Shown here piece by piece: positions 24,620 to 37,600 of a stretch of DNA of 64,000 bases. A model generated the notes under the pieces. The model was not told where the DNA came from and searched no databases. It worked only from the letters and a program-made list of their open reading frames with translations. The stretch spans positions 1 to 64,000 of the forward strand of contig JAPETS010000011.1 of assembly GCA_026023565.1 (NCBI GenBank). Direction: 5' to 3'. The stretch is from Cirrosporium novae-zelandiae (taxonomy: Eukaryota). The stretch's first letter is position 1, and every line of letters begins with the position of its first letter. Both the position numbers and the translations under genes were made by a program.

Positions 24620-26070
24620 GATACTTTTTCTTTAAAGAGATTATTATGCACTCAACTAATTATACTCATGCTACCAATAAATCCCTTGTTGGTAAGGAGT
24701 GGTTCCTAGCCTTACTATCTCATATAATACCACCTAGCAGCCACCTCCTATCCCAGGGTAACCCCTTACTAACCCTCTTCATACATATCGTGTATCATCG
24801 AGTGTTGCGAAAAGTCATTACTCATATCGCTCTCCGTCCGCTGTTATGAATTCTACACTGTACGCCTGCAGAATCCATCTCTATCGCCTTTGCCTTCGAC
24901 TACTCGTTCAGTCTGTTACTCGGTCTTATAGTCGTCCTCTACCCCTAATTTAAACGTGGGGGGCACAAGCACGGAGGGCTGTGGGGGCATGCCCATCATG
25001 GTCGAATATTGTGAATAATCGCTTTCATCGCAGTTCCCGCTAATGCTTCGGCGCACTGAGGAACTACGCTGGTATGACATCGGAGGGCCGGGGAAGTAGG
25101 TGGCGTTTGAAGGTTGAGAGTGAGGTTACGAGGAGACGGTTCAAGCTGGATCGTAGTAACGGGTATAGGGCAGCTTGCAAGAGTCTTCGGTGGTTGCAGG
25201 CGTCGTCTGTGCTGCTCCCGTTGCAGCCCCAGCGTAAATGGGCACTGTTTTAACCCCTGTGGAAGTAGGCGCATTGGAGATTTTAGGGATAGTGTATGCG
25301 AAATCTCACAACGCAGGGTCATTGTCTTTGAGTTGGTCTGACAGGGCGCTTAATCCATCGCCGCCTTCAAGCGGGACAACCTCGCACCGAGACGAAATAG
25401 ATGCCTGCCCTTCATCAATTGGCCGACCCTGGGAATTTGTCGACATCTTCCTAGATTTCCTCACTTCTTGAGGGTTTTAAGATGATATTTTCGTGGTAGC
25501 AGGAAACGTAGAAGTCTGGATGGATGGTTTATCTACGTAGCTGGTCGCTATGGGAGCCAGCACACAGCTTTGTGGGGCTGAGCTACACATCCTAGAGCTC
25601 TGCCTAACTAAGGACGCTTACCTTCATCGTCACCCTTAGCTTCATCTACGATAGCAACGCTTCTTACGGTCTTAATTAAATCCTCTGCTTGCTCATTGCA
25701 TACTTCTAGGCTCGCTAACTGTTGCACAAGTATGGGGTCGTCAAGTGGACCACCAAGGCTACGGCGGCTTAGTTGCATCCAACCTTTCCTATATCGATGA
25801 TGCGCGCTTCCTTGCATCTGGTTCACCACCACAGCAAGTGCTGTCATACCTAGGCCTTACCCTTCCCTAAATCTTTTACCTGTGACAAGACCTTTCCTCT
25901 ATGACAACTATCATCATCCTTTACGTCTTACATACGGTTTTATCACTATACTGTTGCTATCCAACTAGTGCTATTATATAATTACCTCAATTACACTGCC
26001 TGGCTTAGACGTTTCCTTTACACTTAGCACAATCAAACCACCTTAGTACAATTCTGGTAGTTTCGCTCGC
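24620..26070 (-). pseudogene. RIP-like degraded gene remnant
   Basis: The 25608-25847 frame can splice (GTAAGC..CAG) into a long Ser/Pro/Thr-rich frame running to ~24920, interrupted by scattered stops. Flanks are rich in TpA. Confidence 0.4.
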
Positions 26071-26261
26071 CGAGGTTATGATAATATTCACAATTGCACG
26101 AAATACCTATCGTTTAACTCAATATCCTGAACACAAATACAACTTTCATTAAATATAGCCAACATGTAAGTTTGAAATTCTTTTTTACCTAGAGACATTG
26201 CTAAATTCGTCTAGTTATTTCGACAAACTAATTATCCTTTTGTTAATACAGAACAGTTATA

Positions 26262-29200
26262 ATGTCTTCTTCTTTCGTTCTGGCGTGGACTTTGTTATTG
26301 TCGACCCTTAGCCTCTTAATTAGAGCACATGTACGAATAAAGAAAATTCCAATAAATAAACATCTGAAAACATGGCGAGTACAAAATATACCCGTTCAAA
26401 ATGATTATAAAAGCCTGAAACTGTTTTTGGAAAACTTGTCAACCGATGAAGAGAAGAAAAAGGGAAAACCCAATATTAAACAATTCAACGTGGTTGTTGT
26501 TAATAACAACAAGGCTTGCGCTACCGTCACTTTCTTCAAAACTCCAATCGCCTTTCAAAAAACAAAAGATATAAATGGATATCAAGACACGAAATTGTAT
26601 TTTGACACTGAATTTTATGACATGACAACCCTTTTCAATCCTCAAAAGCCGACTGTTGAGTAAGTAAATATCATGCTGTTTCCAATGATCATTTTCAAGA
26701 AATGCTAACGTTGAGTCTAAGTATTATAGCTGTTACTGGCCTTGCTGGTCATGCTTTAGGATCTTGGAAAGTCCCTAATGGTAATGCAGTATGGCTTCGA
26801 GATTGGCTCCCTCAACAAGTTTCTAATGCTCGGATTCTTACATATGGCTATGACTCTCGTTTGTTGAAAAACAAATCCAAATGCACTATTGAACAATTGG
26901 CAAGCAAATTTTTGGAGGCTTTGAAAACTTCTCGTGGTTCTGAATCGGTAAGCCTCAAGCCTACATAACTACTCAACTTGTCGTTAAGATTAACCTTGTC
27001 TCAGGAAAGGCAAAGACCCATTATATTTATCGCACACGACTTAGGAGGATTGCTTGTGAAATCAGTTAGCATTGCACCATAACTAAATTTCTGACAATAC
27101 TTATTAACCGTAATGCAGGCTATCGCACAGGCTGGAGCTTCTGGTATAAACGAAAGTCAAGAAAATATTGACGTGCTTAAATCATGTTATGGTTTCCTCT
27201 TTTTTGGCGTCCCTAATCAGGGGCTCAATCATCAACAACTAAAGCTCATGGTTCGTGGAGAACCTAATGAGGAACTCATGAACGCTTTAATCACAACTTG
27301 TACCAACGAGCCTTCAGAGTATTTAAAAGGTTTACATGAAAAGCTCTGTGAAAGGTTCAAATTCAATGATTCCCAAGTCGTATCTTATTACGAATGTTAC
27401 GGAACGAAAGCAGTCAAGGCCATTGGATTCTGGGAATATTTACAAGGTTTGTTAGGACTTGGCCCATCAGTCGGACTTGGAGAGTTGCACAGAAGTGGCC
27501 CCGAAGTTATGATGGTTACGCAAGCTTCTGCAACCAGTGGTTTTGCAAATCAAAAACCCTGTGACCAAATCCCGGTGGAAAGAGACCATTTAAACCTAGT
27601 CAAGTTCCCAAGTGAAGTGGATCAGCTCTATCGAGATGTGACAAGAAGAATTGATAACTTGGTCTTAAAAGCTCCTGCTGTAGTCAATAAGCGATTCTCT
27701 TGTTAGTACTACACCTCAGCTTATCAAAATATTGCCGCTCTAATCTGTATAATGTCTAGTACAATTTTCCCGGAGTGATCTAAGCCAAGAAGAACAAAGT
27801 AAGCGTGCCAAATAATTTATGATAAAAGTTTTAATTATTCTAACGAGTATTAGTCTACCACCAACAATTGGCTTTCCCCGAGCTTCATAGACGCCGACAT
27901 GAGGTTGATAATCCAATGGAAGACACTTGTACATGGATATACGAACAAGATACAAATCAAAAACAACAACATCGTCTTATGGCTTAAAGGAAAGCGCGGC
28001 TCCGGAAAATCGACTTTAACAAAACAGCTCTTCCAACATATTGAATCAAGTTATCGAAATTATACGACAATAGGATTCTTTTTTAATGCAAAGGGTTCAT
28101 CGTCAGAAAAAAAATCTCTTGGATTGTTTCGGTCTTTGTTGTATCAGTTGCTTGAGAAAATGTCTTATCTCTTCTCGTCTTTCTTACTAAAATTTAAATA
28201 AGAACATGGAACCTCAAGTGGCAACGTCGAATGGTATCTTAACGAACTTCGCAATTATCTAAATTTCCTAATAAGAGCCTTAGGGGCACACCCTGTTATC
28301 ATACTCATCGATGCTTTAGACAAAAGCGACAACCCATATGAGAGTGTTGATGAGCTTCAAAAACTACTAACCTTAGCTACTTCAGCAAATGGCACGGTGA
28401 ATATTTTTATATCTAGTCGACACTTTCCTTTTATTATATTTTCAAATTGCTCCGAAATCAACATAGAGGACAAAAATGGTTTAGACATCCATGAATACGT
28501 ACAACAAACCCTTTCTTTCAACAATGACGAGAACTTGAAAAACAAATTTAAAAATAAAATTGTAGACAAAGCTTCCGAGGTATTTCTCTGGGTCGTCATC
28601 GTTGTGAAGGAATTGAATGAACCTGAAGATAACGGCCAGCTATCGTAAGAGATGGATGAGATCCTCGAGGAAACCCCAAACGGGTTGAATGATCTTTTCT
28701 TGCATCTATTCGGGAAGATTGAGCCGAAATACCGCCAGGAAACCTCTATATTAATGCAATGGATCTTATTTACAGAGAGCCCTTTGAGTGTATCAGAACT
28801 GCGCTGTGCCCTCAGTTTCAATGTTAAAGAAAAGACTTACACATATCACATCGTTCTAGGAAATCATCTGAAGGCTATGCCGAGAACGATATTACAATGG
28901 AAAGAAGAATTTTAAGCCTTTCAAAAGGGTTGATTGAGATCAGAAGATCTAAAATAAATCTCGAAGAAGTTCAATTTATTCATGAATCTGTGAGGGATTT
29001 TTTATTGCAGTTCAAAGGTCTTCAAGATATCTCGAAGAACTTGCTTTTGAAAAACGCCACAGTCAAATGGCCGAAGTTTGTGCCAACTATCTCAGTATAC
29101 GAGAACTGCAAACCTTATCGTATCTAAAAGACACCAACGACTGTACCTTCGATGAATTTGGAAGATTGCATTCAAAATATCCTATTTAGTAATATGCGGT

Positions 29201-30781
29201 CACATGGTTGTTCAAATATGCTACCAAAACCGAGAATGGAAACAAAGGCATACTACAGAGACAGCTTGCGAAACGTCTTAATGAAGGCAACAAGCAACTA
29301 TTAATATTCGAGGTCTGGCGAGGTTCTTAACGTCTGATAGACCAACGTATTCCTCGAAGGTTAAGCTTCGAGCTAGAACTCAAAGAATTTAGGAAACTAC
29401 TAAAAAACAACCCTCTGTATATTGTAGCATAGCATAACCTCCTAAGCGGCATGTCTTACTTGCTAGAACAAGGATTTGATATTAATACTAAGGGAGGACT
29501 CTATGTGCATCCTCTCTTGGCTTCTGTGTGGGCAGGTCATAAACCAATAACACGACTTCTCCTAAATAATGGTGCAGATGTCAATTCTCAAGACAGTAGA
29601 GATATGAATGCATTATGCGCAGTGTCATTGCTTGGAGATAAGGAAATAGTGGAGCTTCTTCTCGAAAAAAGAGCAGATACCAATGCTGAAGATGGGCCTT
29701 ACGGCAATGCCTTACAAGTAGCTTCATTATTGGGGGAAACGGCTATAGTACGGCTTTTGCTACAAATAAGGCAAATGTCAATGCTCAGGTATGTGTGTAT
29801 GGAAGTGCATTACAAGCTGCTTCAACCTGTAGAAGCGATAATATAAAGAGTTATCAAAGTTATCCAGGTGTCTCAACATGGGATGAAACGTATTATGAAA
29901 TAGGACGAATTTCAAAACCTGAAAAAGAGCATGAAATGTGTGAAAGCGAGGCTATAATGCAGCTTCTTGTGGAAAATGATGCGAACATCAATGCATAAGG
30001 GGGTATATACGGCACTGCGTTAAATATAGCCATTAAAAATAATAATAAAAAAATAGTTCGGTTTCTCGTGAGTAATGAGGCGGTAGATGCTCACATGGAA
30101 TATAAAAATAACCAAACAAGCCTTCATTGGGCAGTTTCACATGGATACATTGATATCGCGAAGTACCTACTTTCAGAGGGATTTGATATCACGAGCCGAA
30201 ATAGATTTGGCGAAACTTCACTCCATGCAGCAATCAAGCAAGGTAATCTGGATATACTAAAACTATTGCTTTCAAAAAGACCGGACATCATGAGTCGAGA
30301 TATAAGAAACAATAGTTTACTTCATTGTGCAGCTATATCGGGGAAGGTACATGTGATAAAATTACTACTTTCGAAAGAATTGGATATCACTATCCAAAAC
30401 AATAACGGCGACACTCCACTTCATACTGCAGCTTGGTGGGGGAATTCTGATGCGGTAAAGATATTGATATCGAAAGGATCAGACATGACAAAAAAAAACG
30501 TAAAAGGCAAGATTCCACTTCATTATGCGGCTAAATATGCACGACTGTACGGAATAAAACTTCTCATCAATGCTGGATCAAACTTGGCGTTAAAAGACAA
30601 AGCTGGCTTAACACCCTTAGAATACGCAAGGGGAAACATATCTTACGATCCAGAACAGTTTGAAACTATCATCGAGTATTTAGAAGCAGAGATGCAGAAG
30701 CAAAACATAATATTTGAAAAAGAAAACCCCTACCGTCAAATGAACATGCAGGTGAGGCGTTGGGGGCGGACTAGGCGATAG
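26262..30781 (+). pseudogene. Fungal NLR-like gene (SesB/DUF676-like alpha/beta hydrolase + NACHT + ankyrin repeats), disrupted
   Basis: IIAVTGLAGHALGSW..WLRDWLP..RILTYGYDS..RPIIFIAHDLGG; TCTWI; Walker A LWLKGKRGSGKST; Walker B ILIDALDK; VFLWV; QFIHESVRDFL; many ankyrin repeats. At least eight stops or frameshifts between ~27950 and 29998. Confidence 0.9.
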
Positions 30782-30942
30782 CCTAGGCTATATAGCGGCT
30801 TTCTCATGGGAAGAAGAAGGCTTTTTGACGGCCTATCAGGAACCTCAAGATCTCATACGATCTTTATAACAATCACCATAGCAAGCAGTACACGCATATA
30901 TACTTAAGGCTATGGAGCTTACTGACAGTGGAGAGGCGCGAG

Positions 30943-31084
30943 CAGGGAAGGGGAATGGACCAAACCAAATAGACGGACTGACCCCGACTGACCAGACCGA
31001 TCAAACCGAGCCTCTCCGTCTGTAGACCGATCAGAGCGAATTCCTCGGTCTGGTCGGTCCGGTCTGGTCCATTTCCCTTCCCTA
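30943..31084. mobile_element. 142-bp hAT-type MITE with 8-bp target-site duplication
   Basis: Left end CAGGGAAGGGGAATGGACCA, right end TGGTCCATTTCCCTTCCCTA. Subterminal GACCA/GACCG repeats. Flanks GGCGCGAG (30935-30942) and AGCGCGAG (31085-31092). Confidence 0.85.
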
Positions 31085-31520
31085 AGCGCGAGAGCGCAGC
31101 GGGGGAGCGAGACGTCAACGTGGCGCGGATGAAACAAGGACCTAAGAAAAAAACAACTAAGAAAAAAATAGGCCTTAGGAGGGCCGTGGTGTTGGGTAGT
31201 GGTGACTTTTAACACTGCACGCTATTTCTCTAGGGTCAAGGTAGTGGGTATAAAAGAAATCAACACTACACTTGCGGCCACCCTATATTGATGGATATGG
31301 ATAAGGTGTCTGGCTTGACTTGGCTTGACTTGCCCTGACTTGGTTTGAAGGCATAAGATATGAGGGAGATTTTTGAAAGTTTGTTGTATGCTACTATTAA
31401 TGCTGCTCTCTTTCCTTCTCATCTTTTTAGGTTTGGGGGTTTTGGGGTTTATGATTTAAGGGGGTTCGGATCCAGGGGGGTATAAGTCTATAGTGGAGTA
31501 CATGTACAGTACATAGAATC

Positions 31521-31713
31521 CAGTGTTGTCAATAGACCAGACCCAGACCCGACCAGTCTGGTATAATCAAAAATAATTTTATAATAAAATAACACGGATT
31601 AGCAGTAATAAAAACGTTCACGACTATTACTACAATAACAATCAAATTACCCGCAGCAATAATTGCCTTCAGACTGGTGTGGTCTGGTCTGGTCTGGTTT
31701 ATTGCCAATACTA
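31521..31713. mobile_element. 193-bp hAT-like MITE
   Basis: Left end CAGTGTTGTCAATAGACCAGACC matches the reverse complement of the right end (TAGTATTGGCAATAAACCAGACC). AT-rich core. No target-site duplication seen. Confidence 0.7.
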
Positions 31714-31749
31714 ATGTCGTAGAAAAAACATAGAAGTGAGGGAATGGAG

Positions 31750-34370
31750 AAAATGGAGAAATTAGAATAGAATAGAAAAGGTTAGGCGCTAAAGAGGTGA
31801 GGAGGTTTGTACTGTATATGTACTGTATATAATATGGGTTATGGGTTATTGGTTATGGATCATGGATCATGGTTATGAACGGTAAGAGTTGGGGTTGGAG
31901 TTTACTGCCAGTATATAATGTAATATGGATATAGGTATAGTATATCCCTAGACAAAGAAAAGGGAGAGAGAGAGAAAAAAGGAAAAAAAAAGGATAGATA
32001 TATTCAAGAATTGTATGGATGTATGGAAGGAACAAAATAGATAGATACATGGGATACATGGAAGAAGAAAGGACGAGTACTTTCTATCTACTCTAATTAT
32101 TAATTCTAATTCCAGTTCCATTTCCAATTTTTAAGAATTTAAGAATTTTAAGAATTGGATATATATATATATATATCTTATTTATAGAAAAGGAGTAAAA
32201 CTGTGAAAAATAGATAGATAAATATTATAGGGGAGAGAAATAGATATAGACATAAAAAAGGGAGATGAGGGGATATAGAGATAGGGGGGAGGGATAGGGA
32301 GTGTATATGTATATGTAAGAAGGTTTGGGTTTGGGTTTAATGCTTTCTAGTGGTGTATTGGGTAATTGGTGGGTGTAGTGAGTAAGCAAGGTAGGTAATG
32401 GGGTATATAATGGGGTAATAGGTAGATAAAGAATATTATTATCGTATCGTATCCTATTTTATATATATCCCACCTCACCACCTCACCACCTTATCTCACA
32501 GCACACCCCTCTCCTCTCCCACCCAACAACTTCTTTAACCCTCCCAACGAAAAAAATATATAAAATTATACACTACACTTATACTTTACACTACACTCCA
32601 ACCCATCCCAACCCATCCATCCCATCCATCCCATCCATACCATGCCCTACCACACTCCAATCCTATTATATATATTTATTAGGGTTATCTATTCTTATAT
32701 ATTATAATTTTAATAGTTTAGTTGGTTAGTTATTTTTTTTAGGGATTTAGTATAGGATAATATATAGGGAGAGTAGAGGAGAAGGGGAGGGATATAGGAT
32801 ATAATGTGTGGTATGTGGTGTGGGATATAAGGGGGGGGGGGGGGGGGGGGGGGGGGGGTGATAGGTATATAAGTAGGTAGGTAGGAAATAAATAAATAAG
32901 GTAGTGGGTGGATGTTATATAATATATGAACATGATGGGTAATAGGTAGTGAGAGATGTTTATTATCGTATTTATATCCCACATCCATACCCATACCCAT
33001 ACCATCCTACCTTATCCCATAATACCACCTCATCTCACAATACCCCTTCCCACCCTCTCACCCAATCCCCTACGTAACCAACAAACTTCCTTGACCACCT
33101 CCAAACACCCAACCAATCCATTCATCCTATCTATGCTATATTAACCTGTGTTCCAATCCTATTATACATATACATACATATATACAATATTAGGGCTATT
33201 CTTCTAAATTATAATTTTTAATAACGTAGTCAGCTTAGTCAGTCAGGAAATTAGGAGGTTATCTTTTTGATATAGGGAAAGGGTAGGAGGAAGAGGAGGA
33301 GGGAAAGGGTATATATATAACAGGATTTAGGATTAGATTGGGGATTCTGGTGGGTGGGTGGTATATGGTAGACTATATAATATATAGTATGTGACGACGG
33401 GTGATAGATAATAGGCGGTTCATTATCACATCCCCCCCCCCCCATATTTCCATTCTTCATAATATCCATTCCTCCACCACCACCACGCCCCAAATCATCC
33501 CAAGTCATACATATACACATACATATCCCTCCCACCTTAGTATCCCTCAACTCAACTCAACTCAGCTCAGATAACCCCAGATAAGATAGATAGATAAATA
33601 GATATATCCCCATATTCCTTCCTTCTTAGCTTGAAATTTCCACTTACCCAAAAAGAAGAGAAAAAATGAAGAGTATTTTATGAGCTTGTCTTTTTATATT
33701 TTAACAACAATTGAGTTGATTGAAATTTGAAAATCCTGATTTCTTTTTTTTTTTTTTTGGTTTTTTGGAAGGGGGGGGGGGTTGGTGTTGAGATTGTATT
33801 TATGGTTGTATGTATGGCTGGTTATGGATGGATGGAGAGATTGGATAATATAGTGTAGGGAAATAGTGCAAAGGTGAGAGGGTGGTTAGGTAGATAGATG
33901 GATGGATGGATGGATAACAAAGAAATAGGAATATATTGTTATTGTCATTATCATCATCATCTTCTCCTTTTTCTTTTTCTTGATATTATATCATATCCAT
34001 CAACCCCCCCCCCTCCCCTTCTCTCCCTTCAACCCCTAGCCCTCAAAAAATCCAAAACCCAAAACTCAAAACTCGAAAAACCTCAAGCTCAAATAATAAA
34101 CCTAAAACATCCCATTTTATTTCATTGATTGATTGATTGATTGATTGATTGATACATGTACATTTATCATAGATTCCACACCACACTTAATGCTGATCCC
34201 CTATCCTATCCCTATACATCATACACATGAGAGGAGAGATTTTTTCTTTTCTTTTCTTTTCTTTGGAAAAAGGTTTTTGAGACATCGTAAACAACATACA
34301 TACATACACACTCGCACACACTCACACACCCATTCATCCACCCATTCATCCATCCATCCATGCTGAAAAA
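31750..34370. repeat. Low-complexity spacer with microsatellites, a poly-G tract and a decayed ~500-bp duplication
   Basis: (AT)n, (CATC)n, (GATT)n repeats and a G-run at 32831-32858. tccaatcctattata..ttaggg.tat..attataatttt occurs at ~32656 and ~33152. Confidence 0.65.
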
Positions 34371-34643
34371 TCTTCAGATCTTCAGAAATTCCAACAATCT
34401 TCATGGTAGTTTCATAGCGCCAGCTCCCTTACTCACTCCGGAGCAGGAATAAGAAAAAAAGAGTATGATACACCTGAGAAATAAGGGACAAAGATCTCCA
34501 TGCAGTACCAAACTAGTAAACTAGTATGTAGTTTTCTTACTCCTCCTTCTCTAAGAAAAAAAAAAGCCGCTAATCATAACACTCATATACACACACGCAC
34601 AAGTCCAATAGTTTGATTTGCTTGTTTGCTGCATACGTTATCA

Positions 34644-37600
34644 TTAATGTAGCCTACGCTTAGGGTTGGTAGGCGTAGGCCTTTTCTGCTTTGTCGATCT
34701 CGTTGATCCGCTGTCCCCCTCGATGAATTTTAACAACTCGTCAATGCTTCTCGAGTCCATCCTTTTGCCGCCCTTTCCATCACCTTTGGTGCTTCCATTT
34801 GCCGTCTGTCCCACCTGGGGTTGTGGCTTGGTGCCCAGAGTCACTCGAGGATGAAGTTGCATTCTTCGAAGCTTTCGAGCTTGGAGATCCTTGGCATGTT
34901 TGGCTATCGAGACGGCATTCTGAGTTAGTTGCTCTAGCCAGCTTTCGGCTTCTTTGGTGTTTCTGTCATTAGCGCCGAGCTTGTTGAGGAATATATTATA
35001 TGCCTCACGCATGCGATTAACAGCACCCTTAGAGTCCTGGTCGAGAGCCAAAGCTTGCGCCAGCTGGAAGAGAAGGGTGGCGGTGTTGATCGACTGTTTG
35101 CCATAGATGTCTTCACTCAATTCCAGAGATGATTCGAACCATAGCCGAGACTCATGGTACTGCTTCATATGCTGAAGCATTACAGCTGCATTATTCAACG
35201 TGGTAATCAAATCTGGATGTTTGACTCCATAGATGACTTTCCACAGGTTAAGCGCATGTTTCATATAAGCCAGGGCGCATTCAGTATCTCCATTTGCATG
35301 TTCAAACAGCGCAAGGTTCAGGTAGCTGAGTACCGTCTCGGCAGAGTCAATGCCAATCATGCGCTCAGAAATAATTACAGCCTTGTTCGCTAGTTCGGCT
35401 GCAGCACCCTTCTCGCCGAGCTGGTAATAAAGCATAGAAAGCTGGTGGTAAAGTCTGGCTACTTCGGGATGAAGTATACCATAAATCTGTTCATGAAGAG
35501 ACAACGACTCCAGGAGCAGCTCTTGACCAAGTTCCTTCTGGTTCTGCAGAATAGACATTCGACCCGCTTCCAAGGCCTCCTCCGCAAGACCGCTCCTAGG
35601 AGAAGCATCCTTGATGAGTGGAACAATATTCAAAATATCGTCTGCCTGAAAGGTGAGAGATACACCCGCCTCCTTATCAGATTTGTTCGTTGGGGATGAA
35701 TCCCTAGACTTTTTCTTTTTCTTTCCACCAGAAGCATCAGTGTTGGAATTTGCTCCGTTCGTCGTGCTGCTTGGAGTGTGTCCGTTTGTCTGGGTAGGCC
35801 TCGTGTAGATGAAATCCTTAATCTCAAGCTGAAGGCCAAGTTTCAGGGCAATCTCTCTCAGCATCTGGACATGCTTGATTGATGAATGCCAATCTTTGTC
35901 TAGAGTAAACCTGTATCTTTGGTTTACTTGAGCCTCGATTTCCTTTTGAAGCTCCGCTGGCTTTACAGACTCAAAGGAAAAGTCGCCTTCGGGATAAAGA
36001 GATCGCAGCATCTTGTCCATTTCTGGCTTCGGGTTTGGATTTAATCCAAGACCGAGAAGACAGTTGAGAAGGTAGGCTATACAAGCGGGAGAAAATATCG
36101 ATGGGAGATGTCGTAAGTAGCGATTTGCAATATGTTTGAAAGCCCGGGAAATCATTTCTTGTACTGCAATCACTCGTAGAGCATGCAATCTGGGTTCATC
36201 CGGTGTCGCAAGTTTAGCAACCTCCCCCAAATATCTGATATTGACACCACGTTTATGCATGAGTCGACTAAGAGATTGGCCGTCCATTGGGAAGCCGACT
36301 TCTCCTTCCTTGAGATTCTGGACCTATGTAATATTAGTAAGGCTCATTTCAATTGTTCAAGCAACGTACCATTTCTGGAAGAATCGAATCAAGGAGATAG
36401 TTGCAAACAGCCCGGACCTCTTTCTCGTCCTTTGCAAACTCCTCCCGATCTTTGTCATTATCAGCAGTCTGTCCACTCCAAACATCAGGATTCAGTCTCC
36501 AGTCAAACTCATTGAGCTCGGCAGCAGCCTTCTCAACTGCATCAACTTGATCCTGAGTATTTTCGCCATCCACATTTGCGGCCTGTTCAGCAGTCTCTTT
36601 GGAATTCTCGCCATCTACATTCGTGTCTGCAACTGCATCCGTATCCTTCTCAGCTGCATCCGTGGCCTTTTCTGCGTCCTTGGCTTTTTCTTCATCCGTA
36701 GCCTTTTCTGCATCTGTGGTCTTTTCAGCACCAGTCTGATCCTTGGTATCGCTGTCCGCATTCTTTTCATCAGATTCCTTAATCTCCTTTTGCGGTTGAG
36801 ATTTAAGCTTCTCGGCAATAAATTCACCCCTCTTAAATCTGAAATATCCCTCGATAAGCTCTGGCCGGAGAACAGCCATGCGGTGAGGATAATCACTCTT
36901 GATCTCATGTTTCTCAGCTTCCGGTTCCTTCCAATTCTCTTCAAGCCATTTCACGTCAAGGGGTGTTATCCGATACAAATCAAGAACATATTTCCGTCCG
37001 TCCGTCCCAATTAACCCTTTTGTCTCTACACTTCCCTCTAAATCATGTCTCTTGCCATCCTTGTCCCAGACAGGATGCTTCTTGACTCGTAAATATTCAG
37101 AAAGCTTTTGGAAAACAGGCACAAATACTTCATTTTCGGCGACCACCTCCTTGCCCTCGACGCCGCCGTAATCGATTTGATGTTCTCCAGGCTCCCGTTG
37201 TTTAAAAATACCTGGAACAATGCTTTGACCCACAAGACGTTTGCCAAGATAATCTACTACCACCGTACCCGGAGTAAACAGTCCTGGGATATCAAGCTGA
37301 TTCACAGCCTTGACTCCCATTACGTCCTTTCCGACGGCAACCCTGGCAGCTTCATCGCCACCCTCGCTTGCAAAAGTGCCAACACCATCTGCACCATAAG
37401 AAAAGAAGATATTGTTATAAATAAATATCTGTGCATCCGGACCCTCGGTCGGGTTAAGTGGTGAAACTTCGCCGCGAGCCACAAGTACAGCGCCTCTAGC
37501 AGCAGCCTCGTTATAATCTGCAAAGAGTTTCGAAGTTAATCGTTCCCGGAAGACTCGGTCCTGGACCGACTCTCGAGGCAACTCTCGTGTGGATTGGAAC

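Noticed and set aside
30960..31700. CRISPR-like short repeats (GACCA units)
   Set aside because: Eukaryotic context, no constant repeat with unique spacers, and explained as MITE subterminal repeats.
13902..31713. Intact Starship with a DUF3435 captain
   Set aside because: No long tyrosine-recombinase-like ORF at either boundary and no terminal direct repeats found.
36136..37014. 292-aa ORF on the + strand
   Set aside because: Antisense shadow of CLU1 with no recognisable motif.
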